Source: a bacterium (GTDB lineage Bacteria > Auribacterota > UBA3054). Taken from it: a DNA stretch of 64,000 bases. The stretch's first letter is position 1, and every line of letters begins with the position of its first letter. The position numbers and the translations under genes were made by a program. Below are positions 57,988 to 64,000 of this stretch, piece after piece. Under the pieces are notes generated by a model that saw nothing but the letters and a program-made list of their open reading frames with translations, was not told the origin of the DNA and did not search any database. The DNA lies in the NCBI GenBank assembly GCA_017539325.1, contig JAFYHD010000067.1, forward strand, positions 821 to 64,820. The letters run 5' to 3'.

Positions 57988-59613
57988 ATGAAGAAAAATC
58001 TCCTTTATCTCTTTCTTGTTTCCCTCGCCCTGACCACCGCCGTCGCTTTCGCAGACGAGGAATTCGACGATGAAGACGTCCAGTTCGACGAAGACGGCAA
58101 CGCCATAGAGGAAGTCGTGGAAGACGGATCCGATTCCGAAGAGACCGCCCAGGCTGTCCAGTCCAACGCCTCGGAAGCCGCTTCCGAAGCTCTCGACGAA
58201 GAAGCCAAGAAAGAACTCGTGGAAAACACCAAGGAAGGCGCCGGCGCCCTCACCCAGGACGACGCCGACAAGGCCGCGAAAGGCCCCCAGTTCACCTGCC
58301 CGAAATGGAAAGTGTACCTTGACAGGCTGAACGCGAAAGCCGGCAGCGACCGCGGCGCCCGCAACTATTGCAGCAAGATCAGCATAACGGACGACAAAGG
58401 CATCCAGAAGACCTACGACGCCTTCCGCCAGAACGACGTCAAGATGCTCAAACTCGGCGACAGCAACCACGCTTCGCGTTTGAAAAGCGCCCTGAAGGGC
58501 CAGAAGCTGGCCGTGGCTGAAAGCACGTGCTTCGTGGCCGTCTATCCCAAGACCTGCAAAGTCCCCAAGAACGGCAAGGCCACTGAAGTCGAGACCGCGG
58601 AATTCTACGGCATCGACCAGATCCTCTCCGCCGGCGACGCCGCTTTCGACAAGGCTACGGAAACGCTCGTTATGACCGACTTCATCAACTGGCTGAACAA
58701 ACTGAGAGGCAAAGTTTACTTTGTCACGAGAAGCGAAGACTGGACCATGCTGAAAGGCACCGGCCTCAGGAACTCCCCCGTGCAGACGGTCTACACCGCC
58801 AAGGGCTACAGGGAATTCTACGTCTATCTCACGGCGATCAACAAAGAATGGAACGCGGAAGCCTTCGCTTACGCCGTGGCCGCCGCCGTGCTTGACGAGT
58901 TCCTCTCCGTCACCAACCCCAGGGGCCCGGTCAACGAATTCTTGACCGTCGGCTTCGCCGCCTACTGCAGCGACATCTCTTCCGTTATTACGGAAGGCGG
59001 CCCTGTGCAGCTCCAGCGCTTCCAGAACAAGCCCGTCACCTACGACATGCTCCAGAAGATGAAGTCCGGCTCCCTCCCCTTCAGGTACCTGCCGCTTGAG
59101 AAATCCGCCATCATCAACATCGACCAGTTCGTCAAGAACGGCGCGCCGACCGACAACTACAAGCTCTACTACTATCTGCGCCAGTCCGCCGCCATCTACG
59201 AATACCTCTCCATCAGGGACGCGCTGCCTTTGATCTACCTTATGCGCAAGAGCAAAGAGTCGAACCGCAACTTTGACAAAGACTACGACAACTACTTCGC
59301 CAGTCTGCACCGCGACTCCTTCATGGGCAAGAAGAGCGAGCCCAAAAAGGACGACAAAGATAAGAAGGACAAGAAGGATAAGAAAGACAAGAAGGAAGGC
59401 GATGGCGAGGAAGGCGGAGATTCCGCCGAGGCCGAGGACATCGGCAGCAATTACAAGACCTTCCGCAACCGCATCCCGTATCTTGTCTTCAACGCGCTGA
59501 CCGCCGACTCCGTCGCCAGCGACATTGAGGAACAGCAGAAGAAGGCCAAGGCTCAGAAAGGCAAAGACCCCTCAAAGGATCAGAAGAACCAGAAGAAATC
59601 CAAAAAGGACTAA
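57988..59613 (+). CDS. hypothetical secreted protein, paralog of 56471..57973, with a KD-rich tail
   Basis: Signal peptide; segments ETLVMTDFINWLNKLRGKVYFV and ESNRNFDKDY match the upstream paralog; C-terminus KKDDKDKKDKKDKKDKKEGDGEEGG... Confidence 0.55.
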   Translation: MKKNLLYLFLVSLALTTAVAFADEEFDDEDVQFDEDGNAIEEVVEDGSDSEETAQAVQSNASEAASEALDEEAKKELVENTKEGAGALTQDDADKAAKGPQFTCPKWKVYLDRLNAKAGSDRGARNYCSKISITDDKGIQKTYDAFRQNDVKMLKLGDSNHASRLKSALKGQKLAVAESTCFVAVYPKTCKVPKNGKATEVETAEFYGIDQILSAGDAAFDKATETLVMTDFINWLNKLRGKVYFVTRSEDWTMLKGTGLRNSPVQTVYTAKGYREFYVYLTAINKEWNAEAFAYAVAAAVLDEFLSVTNPRGPVNEFLTVGFAAYCSDISSVITEGGPVQLQRFQNKPVTYDMLQKMKSGSLPFRYLPLEKSAIINIDQFVKNGAPTDNYKLYYYLRQSAAIYEYLSIRDALPLIYLMRKSKESNRNFDKDYDNYFASLHRDSFMGKKSEPKKDDKDKKDKKDKKDKKEGDGEEGGDSAEAEDIGSNYKTFRNRIPYLVFNALTADSVASDIEEQQKKAKAQKGKDPSKDQKNQKKSKKD

Positions 59614-59621
59614 GAATCAGC

Positions 59622-60719
59622 ATGAAAAAAGTTTTTCTGATAATCGTGCTTCTCGGCATAGCCGGTACGGTCGCCATTCTTTTGGCCACCGGCAGGCCTA
59701 TAGAGGAAAAATTGGCCGAGGCTGAGAAAGCCCTGCAGGAAAAGCGTTACAGCGACGCCCTGCCGGTCTTCAAGAAAGCCGTCCGCAAATACGAAAACAA
59801 CCAAACCTCGAAGGCCGATGCCCTCTACAAGCAGGCCCTCTGCGAGACCGCGCTCGGCAAGAGCAGCGAGGACACCTGGAGAAAGGTACTCGAGAACCAC
59901 TCCAATCCCGAGATACAGGCCCGCGCGGAATATGAGCTCATATCTTTCGCGAGCGACAAGGAAGCGGCCAAGGCCGCCTTCAGGGAAAAATACCCCAAGA
60001 ACGAAGCCTCCAGGTCCTTCCTCGTTGAGGAGCTGAAAGGAGCGAACGCCAAGGGCGACCAGAAGAAGGCCGACGAAGTCCGCCAGGCCCTGATCGACGC
60101 CTTCCCGGAAAGCGCCGAGGCCAAGCAAGCGGAAGCCTACATCGGCGACCGCAACCTGGCGGAGCTCTTCGAGGCGAGGCTTGATTTCATTACGAACCAC
60201 GTGGTCCATTCCGGTGAGGTTTTGAACGTCATCGCCAGAAAATACAAAACGACTTCCGACTCCATCCTCTTCGTCAACAGGATGAATTCCGACCGCATCA
60301 GGATCAACCAGCGCCTCAGGATCGACCTCTCAAGCTATCTGATCGACGTCTCGATCCCGGAATTCAAGCTGCGCCTTTACAGGATCTGGAACGGTCAGAC
60401 CAATTTCTTCAAGAGCTATCCTGTCGGCACCGGCAAGAACGACAACACGCCGAGGGGCGACTTCATCGTCAACTTGAAGCAGAAGGAGCCCATCTGGTAC
60501 AAGGACAATAGTAAGCCCATTCCCTACGGCGATCCCGAGAACGCCTTGGGCACCCGCTGGATGGCCATCAGCTCCCCCGGCTTCGGCATCCACGGCACCT
60601 GGGAGCCCGACACCGTCGGCAAAGCCTCGAGCGCCGGCTGCGTGAGAATGAAAAACGAGGACGTCGAGGAACTCTACTCCCTGGTCAAGGAAGGCACCGT
60701 CGTCCACATTCACGACTGA
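59622..60719 (+). CDS. L,D-transpeptidase (YkuD domain) with LysM and N-terminal TPR-like region
   Basis: LysM (HSGEVLNVIARKYKTTSDSILFVNRMNSDRIRINQRLRI); YkuD catalytic motif GIHGT...SAGCVRM. Confidence 0.8.
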   Translation: MKKVFLIIVLLGIAGTVAILLATGRPIEEKLAEAEKALQEKRYSDALPVFKKAVRKYENNQTSKADALYKQALCETALGKSSEDTWRKVLENHSNPEIQARAEYELISFASDKEAAKAAFREKYPKNEASRSFLVEELKGANAKGDQKKADEVRQALIDAFPESAEAKQAEAYIGDRNLAELFEARLDFITNHVVHSGEVLNVIARKYKTTSDSILFVNRMNSDRIRINQRLRIDLSSYLIDVSIPEFKLRLYRIWNGQTNFFKSYPVGTGKNDNTPRGDFIVNLKQKEPIWYKDNSKPIPYGDPENALGTRWMAISSPGFGIHGTWEPDTVGKASSAGCVRMKNEDVEELYSLVKEGTVVHIHD

Positions 60720-60721
60720 TC

Positions 60722-61675
60722 ATGCTCTATTACGATTTTGAAAAACCGATAATCGAGCTTGAAAAGAACATCGAGGAGCTTAAGCGCTACTCCGAGGAAG
60801 TCAAGGTCGACGCTTCCGCCGAGATCGAAGGCTTGATCAAAAAGCGGGACGCCCTCTGCTCCGAAGTCTATTCCAAGCTGACGCCCTATGAGATCGTCCA
60901 GATCGCGAGGCATCCCCAGCGTCCCTACACGCTGGACTACGTCGCGCTAGCCTGCGAGGATTTCCAGGAACTGCACGGCGACAGACGCTTCAAGGACGAC
61001 GAGGCGATGGTCGGCGGATTCGCGACCATGGGCGGCGAAAAGATCATGCTTATAGGCCAGCAGAAAGGCCGCTCCGCCAAGGAAAACATCCAGCGCAATT
61101 TCGGCATGGCGCATCCCGAGGGCTACCGCAAGGCCATGAGGCTGATGGAAATGGCGGACCGCTTCGGTCTGCCGATCGTCACGCTCATTGACACGGCCGG
61201 CGCGTATCCCGGCATCGGCGCCGAGGAACGCGGCCAGGCCGAGGCCATCGCGGAAAATCTCCGCGACATGATGGATCTTGCCGTCCCCATCGTCTCAGTA
61301 GTCATAGGCGAAGGCGGCAGCGGCGGCGCCATCGGCATCGGCGTCTGCAACCGTCTTCTCGCGCTCTCCTACTCCTATTACTCCGTCATCTCGCCTGAAG
61401 GCTGCGCGGCCATTCTTTTCCACGACGCCAAACGCGCCGCCGACGCGGCCAGCGCTCTGCGCCTGACAGCCGCCGATCTCAAGAAGCTCGGCATAGCCGA
61501 CGAAGTGATAGAGGAGCCAATTGGCGGCGCGCACAGGGACCACAAAGCCATGGCGGCTTCCTTGAAAGAAGCCGTGCTCAGACATATCGGCGAACTCAAA
61601 AAACTTTCCCCTCAGGAATTAAAAGAACAGCGCTATCAGAAATTCCGTCAGGTCGGATGTCTCCGGGAGATTTAA
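60722..61675 (+). CDS. accA: acetyl-CoA carboxylase carboxyltransferase subunit alpha
   Basis: MLYYDFEKPIIELEKNIEELK...LDYVALACEDFQELHGDRRFKDDEAMVGGFA...TAGAYPGIGAEERGQAEAIA. Confidence 0.95.
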   Translation: MLYYDFEKPIIELEKNIEELKRYSEEVKVDASAEIEGLIKKRDALCSEVYSKLTPYEIVQIARHPQRPYTLDYVALACEDFQELHGDRRFKDDEAMVGGFATMGGEKIMLIGQQKGRSAKENIQRNFGMAHPEGYRKAMRLMEMADRFGLPIVTLIDTAGAYPGIGAEERGQAEAIAENLRDMMDLAVPIVSVVIGEGGSGGAIGIGVCNRLLALSYSYYSVISPEGCAAILFHDAKRAADAASALRLTAADLKKLGIADEVIEEPIGGAHRDHKAMAASLKEAVLRHIGELKKLSPQELKEQRYQKFRQVGCLREI

Positions 61676-61678
61676 AGC

Positions 61679-64000
61679 ATGATCTCAGTGCGAGGGGCCC
61701 GCGAACATAACCTGAGGAATATCAGCGTCGATATTCCGCACAATTCCCTTACCGTGATAACGGGGCTTTCCGGTTCCGGAAAATCCAGTCTCGCGCTCGA
61801 CACTCTTTTCGCGGAAGGGCAGAGGCGCTTCATGGAGAGCCTCTCCAGCTACGCCAGGCAGTTCCTCGGCATTTTGCAGAAGCCGAAAGTCGACCGCATC
61901 ATTGGCCTCTCCCCCGCCATCGCCATCCAGCAGAGGATGGGCAACACGAGCCTTAGGTCAACGGTTGGCACAGCGACCGAGATCCACGACTACTTAAGGG
62001 TGCTCTTTTCGCAGCTGGGCGTCCCCCACTGCCCGAAGTGCGGCGCCGCCATTACCCCACAGACTCCCGAAGAGATCATAGAGGCGATCCTCGCCCTCCC
62101 GGAAGGCGAGAAGATCGAGATCCTCTCCCCTCTCGTAAGAGGCAAAAAAGGCGAACACAAGGAACTCTTGGCTAAGGCCAGACGCGAAGGCTTCCAGCGA
62201 GTCAGGATCGACGACGTTGAATATCTCCTGGATGAAGCGCCCTCGCTCGCGCGCTACAATCTTCACACGATCGAAGTGGTCGTCGACCGCATAATCGTGA
62301 GGCCGGACATCCGGCGCCGCCTCGCGGACTCCGTCGAGACCGCCCTCAAGCTCGGCGAGAACTCCCTCGTCGTGCACAAACTTAATGGCGGCGACCTGTT
62401 CTTCTCCGGAAACTACGCCTGCCCCAACTGCCGCGACGGCGAAGAGCTTCCCAAAATGGAGCCGAGGCTTTTCTCCTTCAACAGCCCCTACGGTTTCTGC
62501 CCGACCTGCTACGGGCTCGGCGTAATGTATTTCGACGTGAACCAGGTGTGCCCGGAGTGTCACGGGGAAAGATTGAACGCTTACAGCCGCGCCGTGACTT
62601 TGAACGGCAAAACGATAGTTGACATAGGAAAGATGCCGCTCACGAAAGCGGCGGAATTTTTTGAGGACCTTGCGAAAAGCCTGAAAGGCGAAAAGAAAGA
62701 GATCACCCGCGACATCCTGAGGGAAGTCAACAACCGGCTCGGCTTTCTGAACACCGTGGGATTGGGATACCTCAATCTCTCGAGAAACTCGATATCGCTC
62801 TCAGGCGGCGAGGCCCAGAGGATCAGGCTCTCCTCGCAGATAGGCACGGGTCTCACGGGCGTCCTGTATGTTTTGGACGAACCGACCATCGGATTACATC
62901 CCAGGGACAACCAGAAGCTCCTGGACGCCCTCAAACAGTTAAGAGACCTTAACAACACCGTGGTGGTGGTGGAGCACGACGCGGAAGTGATAAGCAGCGC
63001 CGATTATGTTGTCGACATGGGGCCGGGCGCCGGAAAGCTCGGAGGGAACGTCATCTTCCAGGGGCCCTACAAGCAGCTTCTTAAGTGCAAGGAGTCCCTC
63101 ACCGCCGACTATATGAGCGGAAAAAGGGTGATCGCGACCCCGCATTACCGCCCGGTCGGTCCTAAAACGCCCTCTCTTACGCTAAAAGGGGCCTCTCACA
63201 ACAACCTTAAGAACTTGACCGTCCGTTTCCCCTTAGGCCGCTTAATTTGCGTCACAGGCGTTTCCGGCTCGGGCAAATCCTCGCTCGTGACCGACACCTT
63301 GCTCCCGGCTCTTAGGAAGCACTACCACAAGGCGAACGTCACACCGGGCGCCTTCAAGGAAATAGAAGGGCTGAAAAACCTCGACAAGGTCATCTTGGTC
63401 GACCAGTCCCCTCTCGGCCGCACGCCGCGCTCCAACCCCGCGACCTACACGGAAGCCTTCACGCACATCAGGAATCTCTTCGCCCAGGTCCCGGAAGCGA
63501 AAGTCAGGGGCTACAAACCCGGACGCTTCTCCTTCAACGTCAAAGGCGGCCGCTGCGAGGAGTGCGAAGGCTCGGGCGTAAAGCGAGTCGAGATGCATTT
63601 CCTGCCCGACGTCTTCGTCACGTGTGACAAATGCGAGGGGAAACGCTATAATAAAGAAACGCTGGAAATTAAATATCGCGGCAAGAGCATCGCGGACGTC
63701 TTGGACATGCCCCTTTCCGAAGCGAAGGAGTTCTTCAAGCACCACAAGGTGCTTTACCGCATATTGGACACGATTTCCGAAGTGGGACTGGACTACATCA
63801 CTCTTGGCCAGCACGCCACCACGCTTTCGGGCGGCGAAGCCCAGAGGGTGAAGCTTTCCTACGAGCTCGCGAAGATGGACACCGGCAGGACGCTCTACGT
63901 CCTGGACGAACCGACGACCGGCCTTCATTTCGCGGACGTCGAGCGTCTTTTGCAAGTTTTGCAGAAACTTGTCGATGCCGGCAACACCGTCATCGTGATA
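61679..64000 (+). CDS. uvrA: excinuclease ABC subunit A (5' part; runs off the window end)
   Basis: ISVRGAREHNLRNISVDIPHNSLTVITGLSGSGKSSLALDTLFAEGQRRF; zinc-finger CxxC pairs; second ABC module begins near 63240. Confidence 0.95.
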   Translation, partial: MISVRGAREHNLRNISVDIPHNSLTVITGLSGSGKSSLALDTLFAEGQRRFMESLSSYARQFLGILQKPKVDRIIGLSPAIAIQQRMGNTSLRSTVGTATEIHDYLRVLFSQLGVPHCPKCGAAITPQTPEEIIEAILALPEGEKIEILSPLVRGKKGEHKELLAKARREGFQRVRIDDVEYLLDEAPSLARYNLHTIEVVVDRIIVRPDIRRRLADSVETALKLGENSLVVHKLNGGDLFFSGNYACPNCRDGEELPKMEPRLFSFNSPYGFCPTCYGLGVMYFDVNQVCPECHGERLNAYSRAVTLNGKTIVDIGKMPLTKAAEFFEDLAKSLKGEKKEITRDILREVNNRLGFLNTVGLGYLNLSRNSISLSGGEAQRIRLSSQIGTGLTGVLYVLDEPTIGLHPRDNQKLLDALKQLRDLNNTVVVVEHDAEVISSADYVVDMGPGAGKLGGNVIFQGPYKQLLKCKESLTADYMSGKRVIATPHYRPVGPKTPSLTLKGASHNNLKNLTVRFPLGRLICVTGVSGSGKSSLVTDTLLPALRKHYHKANVTPGAFKEIEGLKNLDKVILVDQSPLGRTPRSNPATYTEAFTHIRNLFAQVPEAKVRGYKPGRFSFNVKGGRCEECEGSGVKRVEMHFLPDVFVTCDKCEGKRYNKETLEIKYRGKSIADVLDMPLSEAKEFFKHHKVLYRILDTISEVGLDYITLGQHATTLSGGEAQRVKLSYELAKMDTGRTLYVLDEPTTGLHFADVERLLQVLQKLVDAGNTVIVI

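Noticed and set aside
1-64000. CRISPR arrays, integrases, transposases, phage genes and toxin-antitoxin pairs
   Set aside because: No short direct-repeat arrays, no recombinase, RT or HTH-nuclease signatures, and no small adjacent ORF pairs with toxin-antitoxin features were seen.

Overview
This 64-kb window comes from a GC-rich (about 60% GC) diderm, Gram-negative-type bacterium. Almost every true gene is matched by a long antisense shadow ORF, as expected at this GC content. No exosortase, phage, integrase, transposase, CRISPR or toxin-antitoxin signature was recognised.

About two thirds of the window is core genome:
- The 5' end of the window is the 3' end of a ridA-like gene.
- dnaX, aspS, lepA and a 4Fe-4S ferredoxin followed by tRNA-Glu(CUC).
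- A complete KDO/LPS-export operon on the minus strand, in the order kdsB-kdsA-kdsD-kdsC-lptC-lptA-lptA'-lptB, with rpmB (L28) upstream.
- tRNA-Arg(CCU), then rpsO-pnp-dut, an L,D-transpeptidase, accA and the 5' part of uvrA.

Interspersed are envelope and glycan genes:
- A Wzx-type flippase, an O-antigen-ligase-like membrane protein and two GT1 glycosyltransferases.
- Two paralogous TMTC/PMT-like membrane proteins with TPR repeats, plus a further GT-C-like multi-TM protein.
- An OmpA-family lipoprotein, a DedA/YqaA protein, BamD-like and other TPR proteins, and an OsmC/Ohr protein.

The most unusual part is an 18.6-kb co-oriented block on the minus strand (24527..43108):
- Three paralogous ~1500-aa secreted metzincin-type zinc proteases (HExxHxxGxxH), with PKD and carboxypeptidase-regulatory-like domains and C-terminal PEP-CTERM sorting signals.
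- A ~1190-aa CotH-family kinase-like protein with two lamin-tail domains and a PEP-CTERM.
- A secreted HSL-family esterase.
- One metzincin paralog is split by a single in-frame TGA at 35242..35244. Its PEP-CTERM-bearing C-terminal part is left as a separate in-frame ORF.
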